A DNA stretch of 64,000 nucleotides from Felis catus (lineage: Eukaryota), in contig NC_058370.1 in NCBI RefSeq assembly GCF_018350175.1, positions 138,384,001 through 138,448,000 of the forward strand, written 5' to 3'. The translations under genes were made by a program, and so were the position numbers. Below are positions 48,101 to 61,714 of the stretch, in pieces. Position 1 is the stretch's first letter. Every line of letters begins with the position of its first letter. Below the pieces are notes generated by a model. The model had not been told where the DNA came from and did no database searches. It saw only the letters and a list, made by a program, of their open reading frames with translations.

Positions 48101-50194
48101 CCGCTGCCTCGTCGGCGGTGCGGCTCACGCTGCGCGTGCGAGGCGGCCCAGGGGGCGCCCGGCCGCTGTGGGGGAGCTGCCCGGGTGCCCGCGGGGGGCC
48201 GGTCACAGGCCCGCCGCTCCCCAGGCCGGCAGGAATAGCTCTGTGGGCACAGCCTTCTCCCGCCAGAGGACGGGCTCCTCTCCCGGAATCGGCCCGCAGG
48301 GAGCGTTCGTCAGACGTGGCCCGGGCCACATCGCATGTAGGTGACCGCGGCCGTTCCCGTGAGCTTGGCAGATCTCACCCCTGCTCCCTCCACGCCCAGC
48401 GTGGCTCCTGGGGTCTCGGCTGAGCGGGGCCCGTGCCTCAGGACAGGCTCACGAGCCACAGCCTGCACCGGCCAAGACCTGAGAAAGCGCTTCCCGCCGG
48501 CCCGCTCTCCTGGTGTCCCCGGTGGCCCTCAGTTCTGACGCCGTCCCTCCCTTCCATCCTCGGGACGTGTCCCATCCTCCTATGCGGCATGGGTTCCTTG
48601 AGGACAGAGGCCACTGGACAGACCTCAGTGTTTGCAGCCAGTGCACTCGTGGACTCCGGGCCTGTCGCCGTGGGCAGGAACATGTGGCAGGTACGAGGGA
48701 GGCGGTGTGTGGCCGCAGTGTCACGTGGGGGTGTCACGGCTTCACTCTATCCTGAGGAACTCACACGAGACGTCTCCTGAGTCGTGGGAGGCAGACGCCT
48801 GACTCTGGGGCCGGTGCCATGTCCGCTGCCCTCGGGCATCAAATCCGTGCTCCCGGTCGCGTGAGCAGAGTGGCCCACGGCCCGTTGAACACGGGGCTCG
48901 GTGGTCCCCCACGGAACCAGGCTCGGGGGCCGGGGGGCTCGTGGCCAAATACTCCCGGCCCCTCCGGAGCGGTGGCTGTGGCACGGCTGTCGCGGAGGAC
49001 GGTTGGGTGGGGTCGGGCTCGTGGGTACACAGGCTTGTGTGCCTGTCTGTGTGCAGAGACGCTGCAGCGGGCCGTGGGGGAGAATTCATCGTTTTGCTTT
49101 TAATCAGACAGACGGAGACCGACGGCACACGCGAGTGCCGAGGACAGCACGCGGCGTGGGCCCCGTGGGTCCTGAGGGTCCCCAGCGCTGCTCACCCACA
49201 GTGCATCTGGCAGGAGCGGGGGGCGTTCCCCCCGGCTCACCCGGGTCAGGCCAGACCCCAGGATGACCTCAGGTGACCTTGCAGTGCAGCCTGGGAGCAC
49301 ATCACACGCAGCCGGGAGCACGTCAGCCTCGGTGGCCGTCACCTGCCGCCCCCTCCTCCTTTAGCGTCGTTTGGTGCCTGGAGTGGGGTTTGCGGTTTTG
49401 CAGCCAGAGGGCCGAGTTTGGGTCACGACTGGGCCCCTTTATGAACCGGGACACTTTGGGCAATGTCCTCGTTCTGGCTGATAGCTTCCTCGTGAACAGA
49501 GAGTAGGGCCCGCCTCCTGAAGGCGCAGGTCACGTTGTCTGAGGTGTGGACGGTGCTCGAAGGAGTACCGGTTCAGTAATCTCATCTTTCCTATTCCCAA
49601 AAGCACCCGTGTGTCAGCTGCTCTGCGGGCTGCCCGGGGCGGCTTCTTTGCCCGCCCGCCCAGAGCGCCAGACTCAGGCCCCCTTGGCAGGTGTCCTGCT
49701 CCGGGCACTTCTGCACATGACGGGAAGCAGACGCGGACCTGCCAGCCGGGTGGGTGAACGGCCCCAGAGGGCACTGACCCCACGGAGGCGGGCCAGGCTC
49801 TGTGACGTGGGCTGTCACTCACTGCTGCGCCCCGCGGCCACCCAGGGACGTCCGTGCTGTGTCCTGTCGAGGGGCAGGGTGACGGAGTGATGCCGGCCGG
49901 GTGGGGGTCCGCACTGGGCATTGTCATGAGCTCAGCGGCCGGCTGTGGGGGGCGGTGCTCCCTGCTGGCCTGGAGGAGCTAGCCCCGCCCTCTGTGGACA
50001 CGCGACAGACCCGGTACGGGACGTGGCGACCGGAGGGCGGCGGGGCTCAGACACCATGGAGTGAAAGGCACGAGCTCAGGCGCCCCTGTGCAGGTGCTTG
50101 GGGGTGTGGGGGGCATCCTGGCCCACCCACCTGACCCGGCCCTCCTGGCTGGCCTGCCCGGCCAGCACGCAACCAGGGGGCACAGAGCAGGACT

Positions 50195-50300
50195 GTGATG
50201 TGTGACCTGGCTTAGACCTGGCTCTGCCACCTGCCAGGCTCCAGGACTCGGACAGTCAGTGAGCTTCTCAGCCTCAGCCTTCTCATCCGTGAAATGGGTA
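50195..50300 (+). mobile_element. MIR remnant
   Basis: cctggctctgccacctgcc...gcctcagccttctcatccgtgaaatggg. Confidence 0.55.
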
Positions 50301-53055
50301 AGTTAAGTGAAACGGTTTGTCGACCACTGTGACCGTTAAGTAGCAGACAGTGTGCTGTCCCGTGGACCGAGGCCCACAGGGGAAGATCCAGATTGCCACT
50401 GGCCGGCAGTACCTGTCACCGTCTTGTTTCCTGGGCAGGCTGCCACCGTGCACCACAGGAGGGTCCTCACCAGGCCTGGTGCCCGGGGGAAGGTATTACA
50501 CGAAACACGCGGGACTTTGGGTCCGGACGGGGAAGGAGCTGTCAGAGGAAGAGCCCCGGCAGGGTTGGGGGCTGGTGGCGCGGGCTGGGCCCTGCACACG
50601 TCTCCCTTCTGCTGCTGCCCACCGACCGCTCCCATCACCCACGGAAGCCATTCTCAGGAAAGGGCCGCTGCCGGTGGCCCGTGCTGCGTGGCCACGTGGT
50701 CCCCGTGATGCCTCCCTGCACGGGGCGGGGCGAGCGTGGGCAGGGGGTCGGGTGCTCTGGGGGCAGACACAGCTGTGTCAGAACGCTGGGCGGACAGACG
50801 AGCGCAGGGAAACCAGCCAGAGGAGCTCCGGGCCGAGGCGCTTTGCTTCAAGCAGGAAGGGCGTCTCGTCCCACGTCCTTGATGATGCAGGACGTGCCCG
50901 TCTAGAGGAGCTTCATCTCGAGGGCTCCTGAAAGGAGCCTCTTGCTTCCTGAGAAGTACACAGACGTGTCACAGTGACTCCAAGTGATGAGGACAGCCTC
51001 GGCTTGCTAGTCCCCGGTCCAAACTGGGGGTTGCGGGGTGGTGGCACCGCGCTGGGCACTGAGGCACGCAGCATCTCACTTAAAGCTCCCAGTGGCCCGT
51101 GGGGCCGGGACCGTGTTCCCACCTTGTAGCTAAGCAGGTGGGGCCGGGCCCTCACAGGGTTTGCCAGAGTCGTCCGGTTGTGAGGTCGGGAGTCTAGTCC
51201 CGCGGCCTGGCCGTATACCCCGCCCCCCGGCAACACGCCCCGCCCCGGGCCCGTTCGCCCCGCCCCCAGCAGCACGCCCCGCCCCTGGCCTGTACGCCCC
51301 GCCCCCGGGCACGCTGGTTCTGAGCGGCCTGGCTGGGGAGCACACCTGCCCACGCGGGTGTCGCCCGACTGCTCCTCGCGGTGGCTGCACGTCCGGAGCA
51401 CAGGAAGTGGCACAGTAAGGGGAGCTGGGAGGAGAGGGACCCGGAACAGGCCGGGGGCCCTGTCGCGTGGGGGTCCCTTGTGCAAGTGGATGTAAATTTA
51501 GTTTTGCCCAAGACGCAGAGGACACCAATGTGCAAAGTCGAAGGGAGGCAGATTTTACTTTCTTGGGAAGACGAACACTGGTCCCGAGAATCAGGCTGCG
51601 TGCAAGCGCGTGCCCGCCCCGTTGCGTGTGCACCGGGCCGCGGGCTTCCGGGTGGGACCGGAGGCAGGCCCGGCGGCCTGGTTTCCCTGTGCGTGGGCAC
51701 CGAGCCTCCGGGAGCGGACTGTCGGTAACCGGGACACGCAGGCTGACTTCCGGCCACGTGCGAGCAGGGGCTCAGAGCCCGTGGGCCCAGCCCTCTCACG
51801 TCACACGGGGAGGTGGCTGCGTGCCCTGCGCAGGGGCAGGCCGGAACTGGAAGCCCGGGCCCCGCTCCCGGCACCAGGAGGGGAAGGGACGCCGCGGTCC
51901 CCGCCGTTCAGGACTGTGCGGCTGTGCCTGAGATCAGCTTGGATTTAGGCTTCAACTTCAGTTTTAATAAGTTCAAGTTAAAACGGTTATCTCATTTCTT
52001 GGCTGATACTCGGAGGTTTGAGACCAAAATATGGAAGGAAGACAGCCTGATTGATGTTCACCTTTGTTTTGTTAAAACCCTTTATTGAAGCGCGGCCTGT
52101 GAAGGCTGTGCATTCTTAACGTATACAGCGGGATGAGTGTGGGGACAAGTGTACGCCCTTGAAGCCACGCCCTCCCTTCAAGGCCACAGCCACATTTCCC
52201 ACCTCCCCAGTTTCCTCCCACTGCTATTATGATTATTATGTGTGTGTGATAAGAACACTTAACCAAACATCTGCACTCAGCACGTTTTAAGTATACCATT
52301 CAGTGTTCTTAGCTCCGGGCGCCGTGTGGCAGTGGCGACCTCCAGACTGTGCTCCTCGCCCAGTCTGCACCCTCAGACCACACTTGTGTGTCCCTCTCCC
52401 CCAAGTCCTCGGTGCCCACGCTGCGCCCTGTGACTGTGAGTTTGAGTATTTCAGACTCCACAGGTACGTGAGATCATACGGTATTTGTCTTTTGGTGTCT
52501 GGCTTATCTCATTTAGCAGAACGCCCTCCAGGTCCATCCATGTGGTCACGGGGGTGGGATTCTGTCCCTTTTCTCAGGGCTGGATGATGATCCAGCACAG
52601 CGCGTACCACGTCTTTGTCCGTTCGTCCATCACATTGTGAACAGTGTTGCTTTGAGTACAGGAGAGCAGACGCCTTCAAGGGCCTGACCTCAGTTCCTTT
52701 GTTTGAAGAGATGCCCAGAGCTGGGGTTGCTGGATTGGAGGGTGTTTCCCTACATTTTGAGGCAATAACATTTTGAGGACCCCCATGTGCTTTTCCAGAG
52801 CAGCTGCACCAGTTTGCATTCCCACCAACAGTGCACAAGGGTCCCCCTTTCTCCACATCTTCGCCAGCACCTGTTGCCTTTTTTGTCTTTTTGATGATGG
52901 CCATTCTGAGTTGTGAGGTGACATCAGTGGCTTATCCCTGGTGATGAGTGACGTTGAGCACCTGTTCACATGCCTCTTGAACATTTGTGTGTCTTCTGGG
53001 AAATCCATATCCAGATACTTGTTTGATTTTTAAGTCAGGTTATGGGTTTGTTTGC

Positions 53056-53226
53056 TTTTTCTTAATATTTATTTTGAGAGGGAGAGGGAGAATCCTAAGC
53101 GGGCCCTGAGCTGTCCACGCAGAGCCGCATGGACCCGTGCATCTTGAACTCACAAACCATGAGACCATGACCTGAGTTGAAACCAAGAGTCGGATGCTTA
53201 ACTGACTGAGCCACTCAGGTGCCTCT
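53056..53226 (-). mobile_element. Older Can-SINE inserted in L1
   Basis: tttattttgagagggag...catgacctgagttgaaaccaagagtcggatgcttaactgactgagccactcaggtgcc. Confidence 0.88.
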
Positions 53227-53330
53227 GGTTTTTGTTTAGTTTTGTATTATTTGCTTGTTTGGTGGTTTGTTTGCTATTGAGCTGTGTGAGTTGCTTATGT
53301 ATTTTGAATGTTAGTCCCTTAGCAGATCTC

Positions 53331-53466
53331 NNNNNNNNNNNNNNNNNNNNNNNNNNNNNNNNNNNNNNNNNNNNNNNNNNNNNNNNNNNNNNNNNNNNNN
53401 NNNNNNNNNNNNNNNNNNNNNNNNNNNNNNNNNNNNNNNNNNNNNNNNNNNNNNNNNNNNNNNNNN
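53331..53466. other. Assembly gap (N run)
   Basis: Run of N. Confidence 1.
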
Positions 53467-55707
53467 CATGCAAAAAAAAAAAAAATTGTTGCCAAAACCA
53501 ACATCAAAGATCTTTGCTATGTTTTCTCCTAGGATTTTTACAATTTCAGGTCTTAGGTGTAAATGTTCGATTCATTTCGAGTTAATTTTTGTGACTGGTG
53601 TAAGAGTCTGATTTTAATTTCATTCTTTTGCATGTGAATACCCAGTTTTCCCAACACCATTTGTTGAAGAGACTATCTTTTACCCATTGTGCATTTTGGG
53701 AGACTTGGTCAAAGATTAATTGATCACATGCATTTGGGTTTATTTCTGTCCCAATGTTCTGTGTGTCTTTTTTCTTTCAATGCCAGGATCATACTGTTTT
53801 GATCACTGTAGCTTTGTAATGTAATTGGACGCTAGGAAGTGTGATGTCTCCGGCTCTGTCCCTTTTGCTCAGTATTGCTTTGGCTATTCAAGGACTTTGA
53901 GGTTGCATACGAATTTTAGGATGGTCTTTTCTATTTTTGTGAGAACTGCCACTGTGGTTTTTTAGAGGGAATCCACCGAATCTGTAGATTGTCTTGAGTA
54001 GTAGAGACGTTTTCACAATAGCAATCGTTTCCGTTCAGGAACACAGCGCATCTTCCCATTTGTTTGTGTCTTCTTCGGTTTCTTTCATCGATGTTTTATA
54101 CACTGATGTATAAAATGTCTACGTTTTGTGTGTCCTGTGCTCTTATCACCTAGATGATTGTTTTCCCAGTTTCTTTTTCAGATAGTTTCAATGTAGAGAA
54201 AGAAATGCTGCTGATTTTTGTCTGTTGATTTTGTATTCTGCGACTCGACTGCACTCATCAGTTCTAACAGGTGTTAGGTGGAGTCCTGAGGGGTTTCTGT
54301 GTACAATGTCGTGTCATCTGCAGACCAGACAAGTTTGCCTCTCCTTTTCCAGTGCAGATGCCTTTTGTTTCTTTCTCTGGCCTGATTGCCGTGATAGGAC
54401 TTCAGTACCACGTTGCACGGGAGCAAGCGAGAGTGGGGCACCCTGGTCTTGTTCCTGACCTTAGAGGAAAACCCTTTGTGCTCCCGCTGAGGACAATAGG
54501 AGCTGTGGGCTCATCATCTACAGCTTGTATTGTGTTCACATATGTTCCTTTTGTACCTAATTTGTTGAGTTTTGTCATGAAAGGATGTGGAATTTTGTCA
54601 AATGGTTTTTTTCTGCATATGTTGACACGAGCCTATGATTTTTACCTTTTACTCCGTTAATGCAGTGTATCAGATTTGTTGATTTGTGTGTGTTGAACCA
54701 CCCTTGTATCCCGGGGATAAATCCACTTGATTGTGGCGTATGATCCTCTTAGTGTGCTGTAGAATTTGATCTGCTGGTATCTTGTTGAGAATTTTTGCAT
54801 CTATATTCATCAGGGATATTGGTCTATAATTTCCTTTCCTTGTGGCGTCTATTATGTGGCTTTGGTGTCAGGGTAATGCTGGCTTCAAAAAGTGAGTTTG
54901 GGAATTCCTGTTTGGACGAGTTTGAGGAGGATTGCAGTTAATTCTTTAAATGTTTGGTCGAATTCACCGGAGAAGCCATTTGGTCCTGGGTTTTTCTTTG
55001 TGAGTGGGTTTTAATTACTAATTCAGTCTCCATGTCTGGTTCTTCGTGAGTCAGCCTTGGTAGCTTGCATTTCTAAGAATTTTCCATCTCTTCTAGTTGT
55101 CAGATTTGTTGGCATGTAATTGTCGATACCAGTCTCTTACGAGCTTTTACATTTTGTGACATCAGTCGTAATGTCCCCTTTCATTTGTAATTTTATTTAT
55201 TTGAGTTTCCCCTTGTTTCTTTGCTGGTCTAGATACAAGTTGGTCAGTTTTGTGTATCTTTTCAGAAAAAAACCCCATGCAGCTCTTAGTTACATGGATC
55301 TTTTTTTGTTGTTTTTCTGGTGTCTATTTCACAAATTTTCCTCTAATCTTTATTATTTCCTTCCTTTTGCTAACTTTGAGCTTGGTCTGTTCTTTTTCTA
55401 ATACTTTGAGGTGGAAAGTTCAGTTGCCTATGTGAGATGTTTCTTCCTTCTTATGTAGGCGTTTTATGTTTGTCCCTGCACGGAGCCCAGTGCAGCACGT
55501 AACCTCTGATGCACGTTGTTACCAAGCAAAACAATAGATCGACTTAATTCCAAGAATGGTCTGTATCTTTACAAAACTAGACGAAATTTTAAGAGGACAC
55601 CGTTCACCAGTGGAATGACAATTCAATTTATTCTTAAAGCTTGATCTATCGCAGGTGCTCTGGGCAGAGTAGTGTATGATCCGTCACCCCGGGTCGTGGC
55701 CAGGTGA

Positions 55708-55830
55708 CATTTGAGTCCGTTCTTTTACCAAACATATGTTGGGCTTTAGGTGCTATGCCAAGTGCTGGGCGTATAAAGCAAATAAAACATTGTCCTGCCC
55801 TGGAAGAGCTCACAGTTCAGTCCGCACGTT
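55708..55830 (-). mobile_element. L2 3'-end remnant
   Basis: caaacatatgttggg...tatgccaagtgctggg...gtcctgccctggaagagctcacagttcagt. Confidence 0.55.
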
Positions 55831-58800
55831 CAGAACTGCAGAGGGGAGATGTCGGTGAAGGGTGTTCACATCCAGGGTGCAGAATCTGGGTGCAGGGGTG
55901 GCGAGGGAGGGAGCGGGGAGTGGAGCCCCAGGGCTCTCTGCTCCTCCAGCTGCCCTGGGGCCGCCTGCAGCACAGGCGATTCCCTGGAGCGTCAGGAAGG
56001 TTCCAGGGCCCATGCGTGGAGCGCCCGTGTCCCGGTGATTAAGACAAGATTCACTGCTGTGCAGAACCCTGGCAGGAGTGGAGGGTCTACAGACGTGTGT
56101 ACCCTTGAAGTCAGTGCAGACCTCATGTCAGGGGTCAGGGGAGCAGTGGGGACCGGAAGGAGCCGGAGCCTCGGGGGGCAGGTGCCACACGGAGCACTCT
56201 GGCTTCGTGATCGTCAGCCCACCTCCTGCACCGCGTGGAGGGGGCAAATCCATGTGACCTTCGCTCAGCCCTGTTTAAGAACCGTTAATGCGCACTCCTT
56301 TGGAAATATGCAAGATGATGGGTGTGATTAAGCCGAAGAGGTTGAGGTGAGTTACTGCTTTATTTAAACTGTGGTTGGTGGGGGTAGTCGTGGTGGCTGA
56401 GGGGACTGAACGTGCGTGATCGCCCTCCTGGGCGCAGGGCACGCTGTGGCGCCGGCGATGATGGATTGCAGCGTGGGGTGGAATCCATTATAGGGTCCCA
56501 TAAAGCAGTCATCCTGTCGAGATCTGGACAGGAGCCTGGACCATTAAGTCACCCCTAAAGAAAGATGCCCCCCGAGCGCTCCGAGCCACACAGGGAAGGT
56601 GTGGCTGGCGGGGAAGGCTCCACGGCTGGGCCACCCGTCTGTCGGCTCTCTGAGCCTCTTCCCCTGCGGACTGTGTCTGCGGCCAGTGGCTGAAGTGCCC
56701 GACGGACCAGCCCTTAAAGGGAGATGTCCCACTCGACACTCGTTGGCCGTTTTGCAAAATCGTGATCTTTAAACCTTCCTCCTCCCACGTGAGACACAGC
56801 AGTTCATCAGGACTCAGTTCTCGGGGATCCGTGCAGGGACCCGCTGTGGCAGACGGGTGGTCACGGAGGAGGGAGGGGACCGGACCAGGGGATGGCCGTT
56901 GTTGTTTGTGGGCCTTTTCTCTTTCAGGCAGATTCCCATTTCCTTGCTGTGTGACGACCCTGAGCGTGTCTGTCGGTTGGCGTTGGCGGGACAGGGACAG
57001 CAGGCCCACCCCGGGGGCACGGGTCCACCCGCTGTGGACACTGCCTGTTCCGAGCACCCATACGGAGCTGGGGCTCTGGAGCCCGACCTGGGCTGCGATT
57101 CACGTCTGTCCCTCACTGTCGGCGTCCCTGTGACGAGCGATTCAGCTTCTGTGCTTCTGTCTTCCCGCGTGTAAACTCGGGATGCTGGTGTCTACCCCGT
57201 GTCCCTAGGCCACTGAGGTTTAAGAGACCATGGTGCCTGATCCCTGCGGAACCGGAAGAGATGACAGCTACCCTGTCCGTTGTTACGGCAACGAGACCGC
57301 TGGGGCTCTCACACCCGCTGCCCCCCACCACCCTGGGGCCTGCGGGAGGGGGCGGGTGGAGGCTGCCTGGGGCGGGGCTTCTGTGCGCTGGAGGGGGTTC
57401 CTACCCGTTGCGCGGGGACACCAGCCAGCAGGCCGCCCACCCCGGGAACAGCCGGGTCTCAGGGCCTGGCGCACAGCGTGCACCTGGCCCTACTTCAGGG
57501 GGCCTGAAGACACAGCCATGAAGCCACAGGGCCACACGCTCTCAGCTCTGCCCGCCGCTCGCTGGCGTGCCTGCCCAGACGCGGGTCGGGCACGAAGGAA
57601 CACGACCTCGTCCCGGTCCCTGGGAGCTCACGCACTGCTGACAGGTTCTCTCCACCAGACTCTGGGTGGGATTCCCCGGACTCGTCGCCCAAGCCTGGGC
57701 TTCCCGGCTTCTGCGTTCGTGTCTTCATCGTCCCGTCTTCTCGACAGTCTGGCTGGGCTGGTCTGGCTGGAGGTCCCCATCCTCTGTCTGACCCGCGCGG
57801 CTCCAGCCGGGCCGGTCGGTCCCCCGCGCCCCCCCCACTTCCTCCCGGTGGGCTCCTGTCCATGGACCCCGCCGTGCTCCTTGGCTGTGGGTTCCCGCTT
57901 GCCCCGCTGCGTTTGGGCTCGAGCCCACTTTCACACTGATGCCCCTGTTCTCCAGTTTTACTCCTGAGCGAAATCTGCGGTAAACCTGGAGCTTTACCGT
58001 CCAGCTCTGGTTTTTCCTCGACGCTGGGTGAGAGACACGGACCGGTGGACGGCGTGGAATCCCAAGTAGAATTGAAGGAGCGGAAACTATCAAGCGTGTC
58101 GGAAGAGGCGAAGATGCTGGCTGTCAGAGAGGCAGGTGACGTCATCCGGGGAGGCCTGGGGAAGACACGGGGCGCGAGCAGGGGCTCCCCTGCGGTACCC
58201 CGAGATGCGGCCAGCGGTCCGGAGGGTGCGGCCGGGCTCTCGACACGGGGCGCGGGACGGGAGGCGTCTGTGGCCGCCGGCGGGGGATGAGCGGGGCTCG
58301 TGTGTGTGTGCGCGCCCGGCCCTGGGCACGAGGTTGAGGCCCATGAGCTCGGCAGCTGCTTAGGGTTCCCCGGAACAAGCAGGACTCTCCGGGGGTCTGA
58401 TGCGGCAGTTACGGGTAACTGCTTTAGTCTACGCGGGCCGATGTGTGGAATTAAAGGGGAAAAGCACCCCTCCTAGGGGAGGGCGTGTGAAACGGAGGTG
58501 CGTGTGGCGGGCGGAGACCCGCGCATCCGGCGCGGACCTGTCCAGCCAGCCCTTGGGGCTTCCCTCCAGAAGGACACTCGCCCGGTCTCCATTAGTGAGA
58601 ATTTCCTCCTACCTCCCCTCCCATCTGCCTCACACTGGTAGTAATTGATGCTGGTGAGTGTGGCCAAGACTGGGAAGAAGCACATAAATTAGGTTCGATA
58701 GAACGTCAGCTTTACGTCTGCTCGTCTGCTCCGTGATTCACTGAAGTCGGGGCCTCACGCACGGCAGCTGGGTTAGCCTCCTTCGGGCCATCCGGTGGAC

Positions 58801-61454
58801 CGGGCCCCTCGGCCTCGCCGTCCCCGACACCAGAGTTTGCTAAGCCCCCTTTCGGGATCACGAGCGCCGAGCGAGATCCTGAGTAATGTGCCCTGTTCTC
58901 ACGCATAAATCAGTGCCTCCCCCCTCTCCTCCCTTCCATGAGGAAGACAGAGAATTCTAATTTATTTCTGTTTCCTTCTGTGGATAAACTAATTTTTCTC
59001 TTGTTATAAAAGAAAGGGAGTTCTAATTTGCTGCCTTGGAAGCCGCCGAAGAATGGAGCCTAAATATATAGAACAAACTCTGGAGATTACAGAGTGAGGG
59101 TCAGCTGACCTCGGGCCACAAATTAAGCTGCCGTCCACTCAAACTGCCAGCAACGATAAATTAAGCTATTGTGCCGGAAGCACATTTGGAATGGCCCCGG
59201 GCAGGACCGAAGGGTCCGTCACGAGAAAACCACTTAGTTCATGGCTGCTGTTGCCCGTCCTGGGCAAGGGGACCCGTGGCCGGCTCTGCCCTGCAGCCTG
59301 TCACGTTCGGGCCTCCACTCCAGCACCCTGGCCACCAGGAAGGTGCCCCGAGGTGCTGACAGCTCATATTTCTCCGGTCGTGTGACGGGGGGTGTGGTGG
59401 GATGGGGGCGAGGGCGATAAGGTCAGTGGGGGGGGGGTTGCCTTTTAAGAAATAACCTTGAGGTTTCCTAACGGAAGGCCTGCGTACAGCAAGAGGTGGG
59501 CTAAATTGCAAGGCAGCTTCATGAGGGTTGAGATTATTTTCCCTGTGGTTCGAGGCCATCTTATCTGGGACCCTGTGTCCACACGGGGCAGGAATGGGCT
59601 CGCACACACGACGACGAGGCGCACAGAACGGAAACCGTGCTGCGAGGCGACCCAGACCTGCGTGGGGCTCGGATGGTTAACTCCCAGATGCCTCAAGTAG
59701 GCTGAAGTCGTTGCGAGAACGCTGGTCCTTCCCCAGCGCGTGACCAGGTCGTCTGTGCTTACAGAGAAGCCCAAGACTCTCCTCCCACTTCTCTTTCTTT
59801 TTCTTCCTCTGCTCTCTCGTCAGTCCGTCATCCCTGTGCCCCATGTGGACATGTCCGGGGGCTTATGAACTAAGTGTCCACAGCAGGGTAGCTGGGGGTA
59901 AGGGCAGAAGGAGCGTAAGAGCCCCGGTCCCCAGCAGGCGGTGGGCCTGTCTTCACGCCTCCTGAGAGGGGAGGCGTTTGGGGGCTTCTGGAGACAATTC
60001 CCTTTCGTGACCTGTTACCCATACCTGCCCCCTGACCCCTGTGACACCTGTAACCCAGTCTCTCCCGTTAGTCATCAAGGATGTTTGATAAGAGAAGGGA
60101 CCCAACAGCAGGGTGCTATGCTCGATTTTATCACAGAGGCTTGAGTTGGTCACGGGGGCCGAGTCTCTGCACGTGGCCCTTTGTATTGAGAGGACGGGGG
60201 ACTCCTGGTGCGCGTGGGCCAGCCCCGCATACCCGTCCGCGGCCAGCCGGCCACACACGGGCCAGCCGGCCCCACGCCCCTGCCCGTGGCCAGCCAGCCC
60301 CTCAAGGAACGGCCCCGCATGCCCTCCCATGGCCAGCCAGCTCAGGGGCGCTCTGAGCTGGCGGGCAGACGCTCAGCCTGGGCTGTGGCCTCTCCATGGG
60401 GCTCGAGCAACTCTCCCCGCCAGCCCCGAGGAGGGCTGGGGTCGATGCTCACTCATGGTCCACCTGCTACAGGCCGAGTAGCAGGGCCTCCTCCTGGGCC
60501 TGCAAGTGCCTGGGGTCGGCGTTCGGCGTTGTCACCCTTTGTCCTCTGGTTAAGGGCCTGCTTGTTCAGAGGGATGATGACGTGTGTTTATTTTTGCTTT
60601 TCAGGCAAGAAGCGTAGTCTTTCAGTAGACTGCAGTATAGGACAGACACGAAAACACAAAAACAGACCCATTTGCAGAAATGAACTTCTTCTCGGAACTG
60701 AATTCCAGTTCTTAGAGCTAAGCTCTTCCGAAACGGTCTTTGGGCGGCTTGGAGGACCTTCCCTTCGACCCGTTTCCCGAGGAGGAGAGACTCGGGGCGG
60801 CTGGATGGTTCTCATATCGATGCTCGTGGAGGGCTGTGGCCGTACCTCTGTCACAACGCGGTGGAGGGGTGTCCGGGGGCAAGTCCTGGGTGGGGTTCCC
60901 AAAGTTCTGCTTCCCTGGAGGCAGGCAATGTTCTAAATGCGCAGCGGGGTGATACTTTGGTAAAGGGTCATTTTCCTGGTGTTATGTCGTAAGTGCTGCT
61001 AAAGCTTTCTGCAGATGTGAAAACTTTCAGTCGTGAAGACAGACGATGTCATTCCATCAGTAAGGGAGGCACATCGCTGACTGCCATCGAAGTTTTGATG
61101 GCAAAGACCAAAGAGTTCGGAGAGGCTGAGAGGCAAGGTGAAGATGCCGGGTCCAGAGCCCCCCGCCGAAGGCCCTCCACGGCCAGCCTTACCTCCACGT
61201 GTCCCCGGGGCCACTTCCCACCCCGCACTCTGGCCCTGCCCGGTCCGCCCAGCCGCGGCCGCACCCCCGGCCCCGTCCTGCTGCCCTACCCACGTGCACA
61301 CCTCTCCCCTCCACTTACCCCGTTTCTGTGGCTTCCAAAGCGTCCCCAGGTGTGAGCCCTTCCGTGACCATGAGAGTGCCTAGGATTTCTCCTCTGGACG
61401 TTCTTAGCCACCATGGTGTCGCTTACATGTGGACATCTTAAAATTAGTTTTCTT

Positions 61455-61695
61455 TCTTTTTTTTTTTAAATTAGCTGTTTAAATTTTTTTTTAATGTTTA
61501 TTTATTTTTGAGACAGAGAGAGACAGAGCATGAATGGGGGAGGGTCAGGGAGAGAGGGAGACACAGAATCCGAAGCAGGCTCCAGGCTCTGAGCTGTCAG
61601 CACAGAGCCCAATGAGGGGCTCGAACCCACGAACCGTGAGATCATGACCTGAGCCGAAGTCGGATGCTTAACTGACTGGGCCACCCAGGCGCCCC
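61455..61695 (-). mobile_element. Can-SINE, full length
   Basis: Reverse-complement head ...ccacccaggcgcccc; TSD AA(A/G)ATTAGTTTTCTT at 61440-61454 and 61696-61710. Confidence 0.96.
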
Positions 61696-61714
61696 AAGAT
61701 TAGTTTTCTTAAAT

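Larger units (their letters stand above)
52080..55465 (-). mobile_element. L1 (L1MA/MB-type), ~3.4 kb 3' portion, degenerate
   Basis: L1 3' UTR texture from 52080; minus-strand [26 protein letters not shown] and SAKGLTFKIHKQL resemble ORF2; continues through RT-region sequence. Confidence 0.92.

Noticed and set aside
52080-55465. Intact reverse-transcriptase gene or retron-like system
   Set aside because: Decayed L1 with many stops and frameshifts, an inserted SINE and no ORF1 or 5' UTR.
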